The position numbers and the translations under genes were made by a program. From Mobula hypostoma (taxonomy: Eukaryota), in NCBI RefSeq assembly GCF_963921235.1, contig NC_086097.1, positions 191,024,001 to 191,088,000 of the forward strand: a DNA stretch of 64,000 nucleotides. The letters run 5' to 3'. Positions 1 through 13,146 of the stretch are shown in pieces. Below the pieces are notes generated by a model that saw only the letters and a program-made list of their open reading frames with translations, was not told the origin of the DNA and did not search any database. Position 1 is the first letter of the stretch, and each line of letters opens with the position of its first letter.

Positions 1-234
1 AAGGAAGCAGAATTGAAATGACGATTCATTACTTCTGTATGTTTCTGATACAGAGGGAAAAGAGAAAGCATCACATCCTTAGGCACTACAACATAGTATT
101 GTGGTCGACATATTCTGGAATGTGACTTGAGAAAGATTATTACATAAAACATAGGAATGGGCTATTTCTATAATTTGTTTTTTTTAAGCTTTTTCTGTCA
201 TTGTGCAATTTCTTCTACTTCTACACCCTTTTTC

Positions 235-480
235 TCTCCTAACCCAATATCCCTTGTTTCCTGAATTATTTCTGTTTTGAATGGAGTCAATGACTGTAGC
301 CAGGATGGAGAATTCCAAAGATTCACTTCCCTCTGAGTGAAGATGTTTCTCCTCATTCTGGTTTCAAGAGGCCTGCTCCCTAATTAAGACACCAACCCTT
401 ACGTCTTGGCTAATTAGCCAGGGGGAATATCCTCCCAGGGCCTACTGAACCCTCTAAACATTTTCCAAATCTCAGTTTCA
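235..480 (-). mobile_element. Degenerate CR1 LINE 3' fragment
   Basis: agaattccaaagattcacttccctctgagtgaagatgtttctcctcat is the reverse complement of the CR1 ORF2 C-terminal motif (MRRNFFSQRVVNLWN) seen intact at ~11270-11320. Confidence 0.55.
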
Positions 481-1829
481 TTAATTATTCCCTTTATATT
501 TCTGTACAAATTAAGACATACAAACAGTTCTCTTTCCTTATCGTTCAGGTTCTTGTTTATTCCACAAACACATGTCCCAGAATTTCATTTGAGTAATGCT
601 GTCTTTTTAGGTCACAAAACATGCTTTAATACTTTCCTACTTATTGTAACCAATTTAGAAAGTAATATTAATCCCTATACGATGCTTTTTATTTTATTTT
701 ATTTCTGGCCTGAGGGCTGAATCTTGCTGGGTAAGCAAGATTCCCTCCTTTCCTCAGTTGACTCCTCTCGACGTGCCATCAAAAACAGCTGCAATAAATG
801 CCACAGGTCCATCCAGAACTTGATGGAGATTGAAACTAATCTTCACTCTGGGGGACCCTCCAGTACTCAATATTTTTAATCATTGCGGGCTGCCGGCCAC
901 TTTCCGCACAACTGCATCACAAGAAGCGTTCTATGTTTGCCTGTTTTATTCCAACGGGATGAGAAGGAAGAGACGGTGGAGGGAAAATTCACCCATAACA
1001 CATAGTACATGATAATTGTTCTCTTGTAAAATAGCAAAAGTCCCTCTTTGGATATCTGATACCACCAATCTAATTGGTTGCAGACTCGCTGGAGAATTCC
1101 ACTATATGAGCCCAGCAGCAAGCAAAGAAGTTTGGAATTGTGGAATTGAGGGCTGCATACACCAATTATTCATCTTCATTCCCTCAGGTGAGACTAAAAT
1201 AGCAGGAAATTTTTCACATCAACTGCAGAGGACCGCTCTGGCCTACCTCATTGAATGCATTCAAGCCTATCTGCAGAGAAAGATTCTTCTCGATGCCTCT
1301 GAGCTAATTATGATCAGCTGAAAAGATTCCACTAAAGGATTTGACTGGATCTTTGTGCAAAGTGAAGGCAAACAAGGTTGCATACAGAACATATTTACTT
1401 TCCAAAGTTTTCTCTGCCTCAAAAAGCTACTCAGAAATGAGGTTGTGTTGACAATCAGCAAAAAAGAATCACAAACAAAAAATGTCATTGTGCACAACTA
1501 TTATGCCCATTCCATACACTTTCACCCCTCAGGTAGGTTCATTTTGGATCCCTACAGAATGCAAGAATTGCTTACAAAAAAGATGAAGATCATTCCATAT
1601 ACTGTATTTGCATTGATTGGTGTGCAATACTTGAGAACTCAAACACAATGTAATTGCCATGAGTATTCTTGCAAAAACATTTCCCATAATTAATTAACAT
1701 AATTAATTTTCAGCATTTTATTCAACTACTTAACCATGCTTTGATCAAACTGAAGCTAAAATTATTGTAGTCATCTGATGGAGTACTGAGCAAAAGGAAA
1801 TTGTGCTGTACAAAAACCTTCAACAGCTA

Positions 1830-2362
1830 CAGCAAAACTCTAATAATCTCACACCCTTGGGACTTTGGTAGTGCCAGACTAACAGATTTTCTGGAATATT
1901 TGATTTTACTCCTATTAATATCCAAACCAAACTTTTATTTCACTCTTACCCATTTGTAGAACTAATTTTCAGTGCACCCAGTGAGTACTAAGACAGCAAG
2001 AAATACACAAGTACACCAAACCTTGCCTTCAATTGCAAACCTACCAATGTCCCTGTTCCCTGGACCATAAACCCAGCTCTGCCCACGTACCAACCATTGT
2101 CTAGGGTTTTAAACTGTAACACCAGCTGTCCATCTCCCTCCACTGATGCTGCCCGACCCACTGAATTCATCTAGTATTTTACATGTTGCTCCAGATCTGT
2201 CGTACCTTGTATCTTCTTTGTTTGGACCCGGCAGCACATTGGAACCCACACCCCTCTGGCACTCAGGACCTTTTGGCTCACATTCTGGACTAATGGGTAA
2301 GCCATGTGTCAAGCCAATAGGATTTCTAAGCAATTGGATGCCAGGTTACTTGAGTTTTACTG
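1830..2362. mobile_element. Tc1/mariner-pogo (Tigger-like) non-autonomous DNA transposon (MITE)
   Basis: Imperfect TIRs CAGCAAAACTCTAATAATCTCACACCC versus reverse-complemented right end CAGTAAAACTCAAGTAACCTGGCATCC (20/27); TA on both flanks (1828-1829, 2363-2364). Confidence 0.55.
2095..2200 (+). repeat. Degenerate PLE pseudo-LTR fragment
   Basis: gatgctgcccgacccactgaattcatctagtattttacatgttgctccagat resembles the pLTR end at 45350-45420. Confidence 0.4.
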
Positions 2363-3329
2363 TATGTTTCTATTTTCTAGATGGGCCCTTCATCACAGCC
2401 CCAGATTTTATCTCTTGACAACGAAAGAAATCTGGACATTAAAGAGCTTGAAAACACTGATGCATCTTTCCCAACAATGCTGAGAATAGAAATTACAGAC
2501 AGACCGAAGCTGTGTGCAACTTGATATGAAAATGACAATGATGAGGGCAAAATCGAGATCTGATAGCAAGAAGGCCCACTATAATGCACAGATGAAGAGT
2601 TTTCATGAATTCCCATCTCTGGCTATAGAGGGATTGTCAGCGAAAAAACATCTTTCTATAGAGAGATGTTTATATCATCTAAAAAGCATGCTTTATCTCA
2701 GATAATCTTCTGGACCAATGGATGTTCAGACAGTGTTTACTTTAGATTTTTTTTTGTCAGTGGTTATCTATATCTGACTTCAATTGCAATGGTACAAGAA
2801 AATTCCTAGCTCATACAAGTGTGCTCCTCTAACACTGGAAATTGTCAAAATACCTGCTATATGCCTCTGGAAAATTATTAACACTTATGCCTTTGAAGAG
2901 GAGGAAACTGAACCATCAAGTAACCACCACTCTGATATCTGAGCTTTATCCATAGTCTAGCTAATTTGAAGAATATTAGATATACAAGGTACCAATGAGA
3001 ATTCACTTCAATTCAATTCATGTTTAATTGTCATTTAACCATACATGAATACTCATGTATTCAGCCAAGTGAGATAGCGTTACTCTGGGGTCAAAGTACA
3101 GAGACACATTACCAACAGTCACACACAGAACGCACCCTCAAGATCACAATCACGTAAAAAAAGTCCCAAGTCCCACCTCAACCACTATATACTATATATG
3201 TCTCGGACCACACCCCCGCCCCCAAGCCCACAGATATCATGTGTTGACTTGTCCCCAATGCCTGACTCCCACTAGGCGAGTCTGTGACTTTGAGGCACCA
3301 TGCTCACATACAAGTGGGTGGAGCTTAGG

Positions 3330-4115
3330 AGACGATGGCACCCAATGGCGACTCCTTCGCTTGCATTTTCGGGAACAGCGCTATTTCTATCTTTAACATC
3401 TCTGTTTTTTTCATGGTTCTTTTGAAGACCCTGACCTGGATCTACACGCTGACTTCGGTTCCTTGCGGGAATGGGACCCGCTTTCGGGGCCTCACGACTG
3501 GCCGCTATTCGATATACCAAAGACGCAGCCTAGAAGACTAGCATGCCTTCAGAGTTACGGGATCTCTTGGCTCTGGAAGCAGGCAGACTCGAGGGCGTCT
3601 CCGCAGGAATATGGTGTATTGTGGGAGTATACGGAAGATCGAAAGCAGCTAGCAGACTGCTAGCTGTGTGCCTAGAGACTCAAGTTCTTTGGGCACAGAG
3701 CTCAGAAAAAGCAACACAACAGACTTTTAACATCGTAAATTAGAGAGTTGTTTGTTATAACCTCTCTCGCTGTGAAATGGGGACATCTCTTCTTCCCTTA
3801 TTAGGGAGCCTGTGGTATTTTGAATTACTGGGTGAACAAGTAGTCTTTTGGGTTCTGCAAGTCTGTGTCTTTATTGATGCTTTGCTACATGCTAGAGTGC
3901 CGATGCTTTTTTTGCTGGTGGGGGAAGGGGAATCGTTACTTTGCTGCTGCTTATACATGGGAGGGGGGAGCAGCAGGTGGGAGGCTTTGGGGTTCTAACA
4001 TTTAACTGTCATTCATTCATTGGGGCTCTCCTCTGTTTTCATGGATGGTTGTGAAGAAAAAGAATTTCAGGATGTATATTGTATACATTAAATGTACCTT
4101 TGAAACCTTTGAAAC
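3330..4115 (+). repeat. Unclassified non-coding retroposon-like repeat
   Basis: CpG-richer block ending in a short tandem tail (cctttgaaa)2 typical of LINE-mobilised 3' ends; no recognisable ORF. Confidence 0.3.
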
Positions 4116-5019
4116 ATATAGAATATGAGTAAAAGTACAACCAGACAAATATAAATATATACAGTATCTATAAAACAGACTAATACATATTAGTCCAGAC
4201 CCCCCCCCCATCTATTTTAAATCTTCAATTGCCGCAACTTCTCTATGCCACCCCCTGGTAGAGTGCGATGGCTCGGATGCCTCTCCTCCAGTGGCTGAAA
4301 AGCAGGCAACCCCGCAGCTTGAGGCCCGAGCCCATTGAGTGCCACTAAAAAAACTGCAGTCAGCCACCACAGAGCTTGTCTTCCGGTAAGCAAGACCCTG
4401 GGAGGGCAGTTCTAACTCTGCTCTAGACACTGCACCACACCACCCCGGTGAAGTGCAACAGCTTCGTTATAGTGAGGAAGAGCACCGTAAGACATACAGA
4501 ACCATTATCTATACATTTGGACTTTGCATTAGATTCTTGTTGCAAAATGGGTGAAGTTTTTTAATTTAACTGTCATCGAAATGATCGAATGTAGAGACCA
4601 CATAAAAATTAATAACAATGCATTCCAGTATTTTCACTTGAAGGCAGGAGGGGAGAGTTCCAGCTGTGCTTACTTGGCCTCTATAATGACACCCATCTCC
4701 TACTTTGGCTATTACCAAGATCATATGGATGATGCCTCCTGAAAGCAGATGTCCACAGTGCGAAACCGCTATGATCTCTTGCTTTGAGAGATCTGTTGAT
4801 GTATTTGGTGTGTTATCCAGAAGTACTGCAATTTGGAGAAGTTGGCTAGTATTGATGATGCCTCAGAGACAAGTGAGAGAAGAAATGTCTAAATCCTGAG
4901 AGAGTCTCGCAATCCATTATGTTAATGGATCTATTCCAGGATATGGTATGAGTCAACTTCTGGCTAAATTTGTCCCTGGCTAGTAGGAATTTGTTATCCA
5001 ATGGCAACTTTTTTTTTGG

Positions 5020-6220
5020 ATTGACAGGTTGTGGATGATTTGAAGATAGGTGCAGGAGCAGGTAGTGCTGAGGAAGCAGGGAGTCTGCAGAAGGACTTAA
5101 GACAAATTCGGTGAATGGACAAAGAAGTGGCAGATGGAATATAGTGTGGGGATGTGTATGGTGAGGCGCTTTGGTATAAAGAATAAAGGTGTAGACTATT
5201 TTCTGAATGGAGAGAAAATTCAGAGGTGCAAAGATCCAAACTCGTGCAGGATCCACTAAAATTTAACTTAATGGTTGAGTCTGTGGTAAGGAAGGGAAAT
5301 ACAATGTTTTGTTTTATTTTAACTGGTGATACAGGGTGAAGTAAGCCCTTACATCTCTTCAAACCATGCCATATCAGCAGCCCCTGAAAAACCCCACTCT
5401 AACTTGGTCACAGGACAACTTACAATGACCAGTTAGCCTACCCAGTATGCCCTTGGACTGTGGGTAGGAAACCGGAGCACCCAGGAAAAACTCACGCTTT
5501 CCATGGGAAGGACGTACAGACTCCTTACTGACGGCATAGGAATTGAACTCTGAACTCTGGAACATCCCGCACTGTAATAGTGTCACACTTAGCACTGCAC
5601 TCCAGTAGTGTCCATGTTGGCATTCATTTCTAAAGGGCTAGAATATAAAAGCAGGGATGTGATGCTGAGTAAGGCATGGGTCAGACCACACTTGGAGTAT
5701 TGTGAACAGTTTTAGGTCCTTTATCTAAGAAAAGATGTGCTGGGATTGGAGAGGGTCCAGAGGATGTTCATGAGAATGCTTCCAGGGATGAAAGGGTTAA
5801 CATACGAGGAGCATTTGATGGCTCTGAACCTGAACTCGCTGGAGTTTAGAAGAATGAGGGGGCTATCTCATTCAAACCTATGAAATACTGGAATGCCTAG
5901 ATAGAGTGGATATGGAGAGGATGTATCCTGCAGTGGCGGAGTCTAGGACCAAAGGGCGCAGCCTCAAAATAAAGGAATTTCTTTCACCAGAGGGCAGTGA
6001 GTTTATGGAACCCATTGCCACTGACGGCTGTAGAGGCTAGCCATTGGGTATATTTAAGGTGGACATTGATAGGTTCTTGTTGAGCCTGGGCATCAAAGGT
6101 TAAGGGGAGAAGGGCATCAATGTGGTTGAGAGGGATAATAAAAAAGAGCTATGATGGAATGGTGGAGCAGACTGGATGGACTGAATGGCCAAATGACACT
6201 CCTTTGTGTTATGGAGTCTT
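5020..6220 (+). mobile_element. 5'-truncated degenerate CR1 LINE (RT C-terminal part and 3' UTR), interrupted by a SINE
   Basis: Colinear with CR1 ORF2 copies elsewhere in the window (KWQMEY, RPHLEYC motifs); multiple stops. Confidence 0.85.
5309..5613 (-). mobile_element. tRNA-derived V-SINE (HE1-like)
   Basis: Minus strand has B-box-like GAGTTCAATTCC, V-domain-like TGGGTGCTCCGGTTTCCTACCCACAGTCCAA and an A-rich tail; ATGTT duplication at 5304-5308 and 5614-5618 within the host CR1. Confidence 0.75.
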
Positions 6221-6519
6221 TTTTATGTTTTGAGGCGGTGCCACCGTGCAATACCTGGCGTATTTTTTTTTGCCTCTGATTTGACAGAAGTCTAATAATG
6301 TCAGGTATCTGTCAACATGAACCAAGCAACTCAAGTTATTTCTTCAGCTCTTGTGATGCCGGCATCTCAGCTGGCACTCAGCAATAAAAAGCTGAACGGC
6401 AGTTGGCTTTTCCTCCACTTTTCTCTCTTCCTACAGTGCTCTTTGAAAAGGTGCAATGCATGGACAGACGGCAATCCCTCTGGAGAACTTGCAGTAATAA
6501 AGTCACTAAATTAAGGAGT

Positions 6520-7240
6520 TAATGAATGGAGGTGTTGATAAGCCTTACTGCTTCGGGAAAGTAACTGTTTTTGAGTCTGGTGGTCCTGGCATGGATGCTA
6601 TGTAGCCTCCCCCCTGATGGGAGTGGGCCACACATTCCATGAGCATGGGTGGGATCCTTCATGATGCTACTAGCCCTTTTCTGTATATATGTTGGTGCCC
6701 GTGATGTGCTGAGCAGTTTTGACTGTCTGCCGCAGAGCAGTTTCTGGTGCAGTGTTGCAGCTTGTAAGGATGCTGTTTACCGTAAAGCTGTAAAATGATG
6801 TGCATAATCCAGCATAATCCAGCTGTCTGCAGCCTCTTCAGAAAGTTGAGGCATTGGTGAGATTTCCTGACTCTGTAGGATATGTTTTGGGACCATGAGA
6901 GGCTGTATGCTGTGCTACCAATGTAAAGATGGGTTTGAGTGGAGTTTCTCCTGAAGTTGATACGCATCTCCATTGTCTTGTTGTCATTAGGAAGAGGCTA
7001 TTTGTCTAGCACCAGGTCTCAAGATCTTCCACTGTTGGCTCAGCAGCGAACTTGATGATGTGATTGGCTATGCAGTCATTTGTGAGCAGAGTGTAAGGCA
7101 ATTGGCTGCACACACATCCCTGAGGGGCAAAGGTACTCACGTTGGGAATGATGGGGAAGGAGAAGAGGTTGTGCATCCTGACTATCTGAGGACTGTTTTT
7201 TAGGAAGTCCAACACAACACCCAGTTGCGCAGTGGTTTAT
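6520..7240 (-). mobile_element. Degenerate Rex1/Babar LINE fragment
   Basis: ORF remnant PQGCVCSQLPYTLLTNDCIANHIIKFA; colinear with the copy at 37680-38500. Confidence 0.75.
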
Positions 7241-7249
7241 TTAAGACAT

Positions 7250-7625
7250 TGATGTCAAACTCATTTGACTAAAGTGTATAAGATGATGAGAGGCATTGAT
7301 CGTGTGGATAGTCAGAGGCTTTTTTGCAGGGCTGAAATGGTTAACATGAGAGGGAACAGTTTTAAGGTGCTTGAAAGTAGGTCCAGAGGGGATGTCAGGG
7401 GTAGGTTTTTATGCAGGAAGTGGTGAGTACGTGGAATGGGCTGCCAGCGACTGTGGTGGAGGTGGATGTGGTAGAGTCTTTTAAGATGCTCCTGGATAGG
7501 TACATGGAGCTTAGAAAAATAGAGGACTATGGGTAAACCTTGGTAATTTCTAAAGTAAGTACATGTTTGGCACAGCATTGTGGGCAGAAGTGCCTGTATT
7601 GTGCTGTAGGTTTTCTATGTTTCTA
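7250..7625 (+). mobile_element. CR1 LINE 3' end
   Basis: VYKMMRGIDRVDSQRLF motif, CR1-type 3' UTR and ttctatgtttcta tail. Confidence 0.85.
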
Positions 7626-9223
7626 AAATGAGGCTACTGACAGACCTTTCCCACCATCTGAATGTTAGCCTCAAGAAGGAAGGACTCACTGTCTGAGCCC
7701 ACTTAAGTCCATGGGGGCTGCTTTCCCATTCATAATTTTCCCACTTGCTTCCCACAGGGTATACCCCAGCAAACAGCAGGAGAGGAGATGTATGATGGTG
7801 GTGAAGATGAGGAGAGCCAAACCAGATAAGTTGCATGATACTGTTGTATCAGGTGTCATCAGCACAGGAGTGGTCCTCTGCATTATCTAAAGAGCCACAA
7901 ATGAAAATCAACAATGTGCACTCATTATCAAGCCCTGCACATTCCTTTGGTGGAGGGTAGGTTGTTGACAACATTGCTGAATATAGCTGGGACTTACTTC
8001 ATTGATAAAGAGTCACCAACCCAAAACTTTAAGACTATTCCTGCTCCCACAGATGCAGCCTGATCTGCTGAATATTTCCAGTGTTTCTGTTCTTCTTTAT
8101 CTTCTATTATACTCCTCATAGCTAGAACAAATGGGAAGACCTCACAACCCAATTTCCATCCATTTCAATTTTCTAAAGTCTTCTTGATGCCACACTTGAT
8201 CAAATGCTAGTTTAATATCAGTGACAGTCATTTATGTCACAGCTCTGGAATTTGCTTTTGTCCAAAAGAGACTTAGCTAATTGTACAGCCTATGTCTACA
8301 GTACTCTAGCTGAGATGTGATGATGTTGGTTTATGATGGATATTCGCTGTCCAGGGCCCAGGAGCCATTTTGCCTAGCTCAGCTTTATAACAGAGCAGCT
8401 GACTCTTTCAGGGCTCAGAGTTTTTAAGTAAAACTTCCAACCAGTCCTTGCTCAGCCTCTTGTCATAAACAAGTAAACAATAGGGTGCTTGTTGCCCCAT
8501 TACTTAATCAAGAGAGAACAAAAGGGTCCACTTGAGCTTAATGCATTCACCTATTTATTAATGCATTCACCTGGCCTGATGACTGTAACTGAAAAATATT
8601 ACATGCATGTGAAGTCACCAAGGAGCAAAAAAATGTTAGAGTAACATATTTCCAGAATGGTGAAGAATTGATCGAAAGACGGGTTGAGTTGAATACATTT
8701 CTCTGTTTTCAATTTGTGACTGATGACTCGTCATCTGCAACTCATTGGTATGTGTTTTTAGCTTATAGGGATTGTACCTGCGTTTTGGAAATCCTTTGTG
8801 TATAGAAATTGTTTGTAACTTGGAAATCTTTTGTACAATAAAAATCATCTGAGTTTTAAGAATGTGTTTAAGAATTTTATCTAAATGTAAACAGGTATCA
8901 CTAAAAATGAATAAAGTGTTTAAGCTACTTTGTTGGACGCATTTCCTCCATGGTTTTGGGGGGGAGGTGATACCGCTCAAATAGTGGGTATTGTCAGTTA
9001 AATTCACCATGCAGGAGAAACATGAAAGTGATCTAGCCTTTGAAAAGGAGGTGAATACAGTATAACCTCACTTTAGTAAGGGTACCTGTAGCTATCTATG
9101 TTGGATAGGGCTAACGATCTTCATTTGAGTACAGAACTTTGCAGACAGCAAACCCAATACAATCACAGGTTCAAAGTATTCACTGCATGCGGTATCATAA
9201 GACATTTCCTGATGCCATGTTGA

Positions 9224-9528
9224 TATATAGGCAACTGTTAGTCTCGGGAGACCATGGATTTGCGCCTTGGAAGGTTTCCAGGGTGCAGGCCTGGGCAAGG
9301 TTGAATGGAAGACTGGCAGTTGCCCATACTGCAAGTCTCCCCTCTCAATGCCACCGATGTTGTCCAAGGGAAGGGCACTAGGGCCGATACAGCTTGGCAC
9401 CGGTGTCATCGCAGAGCACTGTGTGGTTAAGTGCCTTGCTCAAGGACACAACACACTGCCTCAGCCAAGGCTCAAACTAGAGACCATCAGATCACTAGAT
9501 GAACACCTTAACCACTTGGCCATGCGCC
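9224..9528 (-). mobile_element. tRNA-derived CORE-SINE with RTE-like 3' tail
   Basis: Minus strand: A-box TGGCCAAGTGG, degenerate B-box AGTTTGAGCC, CORE-like GTGTCCTTGAGCAAGGCACTTAACC, 3' hairpin CCATGGTCTCCCGAGACT. Confidence 0.75.
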
Positions 9529-9789
9529 ATGTTGAAATTCTTTTATAAATGAAGTATAAATAAGTGACATGCTTGGAGATGTTCAAAGCTAACCTGCAGA
9601 GGTTCAAACAATCAAATAATTTCTTTGCTTTTCGTGGTAGTATTTCTATTTTCAATGTCTTTTGGGTACTTTTTATTTCCCACCACAGATTTGAACACTA
9701 ATTGCCTGTACACCTTCCCATGAGAAACATTCACTCCCATGGAAGACTGATTTGTATGTGGTCCAATTGAGAGCCTTGTCATAAGCAAC

Positions 9790-10198
9790 CATTGGTCCAA
9801 TAGCTAGAGGAGCGGACAGGACATTCTGTGGATGTGTAAGTATGTTGCCTCCTAGGTGCCAGGGTCAGGGATGTCTTGGATTGGGTCAATGGCATTCTAA
9901 AGGAATGAGGGTGAACTCCCGGAGGCCGTGGTACGCATTGGTACCAATAACGTAGGTAGGAAGCACAAAAAGATCCTGAAGAGAGAATATAGGGAGTTAG
10001 GTAGAAAGCTGAAAAGCAGGACCTCAAGGGTAGTAATCACTGGATTGCTATCTGTGCCATATGCTATTGAGGATAACAATAGCATAATTGTGCAGATAAA
10101 CGTGTGGTTAGTGCGAAAGGCAAGGTTTTAGATTTCGGGATCATTGGGATCTCTTCTGAGGAAGGCACGTCCTGTATGAAAAAGATGGGCTACACCTT
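9790..10198 (+). mobile_element. CR1 ORF1 fragment (SGNH esterase domain)
   Basis: VRIGTNNVGRK...YRELGRKLKSRTSRVVITGLL, homologous to 33840-34330 and 62020-62398. Confidence 0.8.
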
Positions 10199-10307
10199 TA
10201 TTAAAAATGCAAACACGAGGAAATCTGCAGATGCTGGAAATTCAAGCAACACACACAAAAAATGCTGGTGAATGCAGCAGGCCAGGCAGCATCAATAGGA
10301 AAAGGTA

Positions 10308-10345
10308 CAGTCGACGTTTCGGGACGAGACCCTTCGTCAGGACTA
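10308..10345 (-). ncRNA. Minimal type I hammerhead ribozyme motif in PLE pLTR
   Basis: Minus strand: UAGUC-CUGACGA-A-GGGUCUCGUCCC-GAAA-CG-UC-GACUG. Confidence 0.75.
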
Positions 10346-10592
10346 ACTGAAAGAAGAGATAGAAAGAGATTTGAAAGTGGGAGGGAGGGGAGATCTGAAA
10401 TGATAGGAGAAGACAGGAGGGGGAGGGATGGAGCTAAGAGCTGGAAAGTTGTTTGGCAAAAGGGATATGAGGCTGGAGAGGGGAGAGGATCATGGGACAG
10501 GAGGCGTAGGGGGAAAGAAAGGGGGAGTGGAGCCCAGAGAGGATGGGCAAGGAGTTATAGTGAGAGGGACAGAGAGAGAAAAAAAGATATAG

Positions 10593-10626
<34 letters not shown>

Positions 10627-10674
10627 ATAGATAAATAAACAAACAAACAAACAAACAAACAAATAAATAAATAA
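10593..10674. repeat. Compound microsatellite (AT)n/(AAAC)n/(AAAT)n within PLE pLTR
   Basis: Directly visible. Confidence 0.9.
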
Positions 10675-11057
10675 GGGATGGGGTACGGAAGGGAGGTAGA
10701 GCATTAATGGAAGCTAGAGAAGTCAATGTTCATGCCATCAGGTTGGAGGCTACCCAGGCGTAGGTGTTCAGCGCAACGGTCTCCCAGCCTGCGTCGGGTC
10801 TCACCAATATATAGAAGGCCACATGGGGAGCACCGGACGCATTATATCACCCCAGTCCTCTCACAAGTGAAGTGTCGTCTTACCTGGAAGGACTGTCTGG
10901 GGCCCTGAATCATGGTGAGGGAGCAAGTGTAAGGGCATGTGTAGCACTTGTTCCGTTTACAAGGGTAAGTGCTGGGAGACAGATCAGTGGGAAGGCATAG
11001 GGGGGACGAATGGACAAGGGAGTCGCGTAGGGAGCAATCCCTGCGGAAAGCAGGGAG

Positions 11058-13146
11058 ACCATAAGACCATAAGACAAAGGAGCAGAAGTCGGCCATTCGG
11101 CCCATCGAGTCTGCTCCGCCATTTTATCATAAGCTGATCCATTCTCCCATTGAGTCCCACTCCCCCGCCTTTCCACCATAGCCTTTGATCCCTGGCTACT
11201 CAGATACCTATCAATCTCTTCCTTAAATACTCCCAATGACTTGGCCTCCACTGCTGCCCGTGGCAACAAATTCCATAGATTCACCACCCTCTGGCTAAAA
11301 AAATTTCTTCGCATTTCTGTTCTGAATGGGCGCCCTTCAATCCTTAAGTCATGCCCTCTTGTACTAGACTCCCCCATCATGGGAAACAACTTTGCTACAT
11401 CCACCCTGTCCATGCCTTTCAACATTCGAAATGTTTCTATAAGGTCTCCCCTCATTCTTTGAAACTCCAAGGAATACAGTCCAAGAGCGGACAAATGTTC
11501 CTCATATATTAACCCTCTCATTCCCAGAATCATTCCAGTGAATCTTCTCTGTACCCTCTCCAATGTCACCACATCCTTTCTTAAATACGGAGACCAAAAC
11601 TGCCCACAGTACTGTAAGTGAGGTCTCACCAGCGCCTTATAGAGCCTCAACATCACATCCCTGCTCCTATGCTCTATTTCCCTAGAAATGAATGCCAACA
11701 TTGTATTTGCATTCTTCACTACTGACTCAACCTGGAGGTTAACCTTAAGGGTATCCTGTACAAGTACTCCCAAGTCCCGTTGCATCTCAGAACTTTGAAT
11801 TCTTTCCCCATTTAAGTAATAGTCTGCCCATTTATTACTTCTGCCAAAGTGCATAACCATACACTTTCCAACATTGTACTTCATTTGCCACTTCTTTGCC
11901 CATTCTTCCAATCTATCCAAGTCTCTCTGCAGACTCTCCGTTTCCTCAGCACTACTGGCCCCTCCACCTATCTTTGTATCGTCAGCAAGCTTAGCCACAA
12001 AGCCATAGTCCCAATTGTTCATGTACAATGTAAAAAGAAGCGGCCCCAACATGAACTCCTGTGGAAAACCACTGGTAACCGGCAGCCAACCAGAATAGGA
12101 TCCCTTTATTCCCACTCTCTGTTTCCTGCCAGTCAGCCAACGCTCTATCCACGTATGTAACTCTCCAGTAATTCCATGGGCTCTATCTTGTTAAGTAGCC
12201 TCATGTGTGGCACCTTGTCAAAGGCCTTCTGAAAATCCAAATATACAACATCCACTGCATCTCCCTGGTCTAGCCTACTGGTAATTTCCTCAAAAAATTG
12301 TAATAGGTTTGTCAGGCAGGATTTTCCTTTAAGGAATCCATGCTGAGTTCTGTCTATCTTGTCATATACCTCCAGGTACTCTGTAACCTCATCCTTGACA
12401 ACCGACTCCAACAACTTCCCAACCACCGATGTCAAGCTAACAGGTCTATAATTTCCTTTTTGCTTCCTTGCCCCCTTCTTAAATAGCGGAGTGACATTTG
12501 CAATCTTCCAGTCCTCTGGAACCATGCCAGAATCAATCGACTTTTGAAAGATCATCGCTAATGCCTCCGCAATCTCCACAGCTACTTCCTTCAGAACACA
12601 CGGGTGCATTCCATCTGGTCGGGGTGATTTATCTACCTTTAGACTATTCAGCTTCCTGAGTACTTTCTCTGTAGTAATTGTGACTGCGCACGCTTCTCTT
12701 CCCTGCCACCCTTGAGTGTCCGGTTTACTGCTGATGTCTTCCTCAGTGAAGACTGATGCAAAATACTCATTCAGTTCCTCTGCCATCTCCTTATCTCCCA
12801 TTACAATTTCTCCAGCATCATTTTCTATTGGTCCTATATCTATTCTCACCAGTCTTTTACTCTGTATATACTTGAAAAAGCTTTTAGTATCCTCTTTGAT
12901 ATTATTTGCTAGCTGCTTTCACAGTTAATCTTTTCTCTCTTAATGACCTTCTTAGTTTCCTTTTGTAAGGTTTTAAAAACTTCCCAATCCTCTGTCTTCC
13001 CACTAATTTTTGCTTCCTTGTATGCCCTCTCCTTTGCTTTAACTTTGGCTTTGACTTCTCTTGTCAACCACGGTTACATCCTTTTTCCATTTGAAAATTT
13101 CTTCTTTTCTGAAATATACCTGTCTTGCACCTTCCTCACCTTCCTC
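11058..13146 (-). mobile_element. 5'-truncated CR1 LINE (RT), relatively young
   Basis: ORFs 12145-12849 and 10910-12115 carry NYRPVSLTSVVGK, YLDFQKAFDKVPH and KLADDTK; (CTTATGGT)n tail at 11058-11073. Confidence 0.95.

Noticed and set aside
8538..8572. 15-bp direct repeat ttaatgcattcacct (a similar 17-bp repeat lies at 23681-23718)
   Set aside because: Ordinary local tandem micro-duplications
8656..8747. Plus-strand exon candidate (ccag|NGEELIERRVELNTFLCFQFVTDDSSSATHW|gtatgt)
   Set aside because: Weak pyrimidine tract, unrecognised peptide and no linked exons; cannot be supported without transcripts
9450..9528. tRNA gene
   Set aside because: A- and B-box-like motifs run straight into a CORE domain, so this is a SINE head
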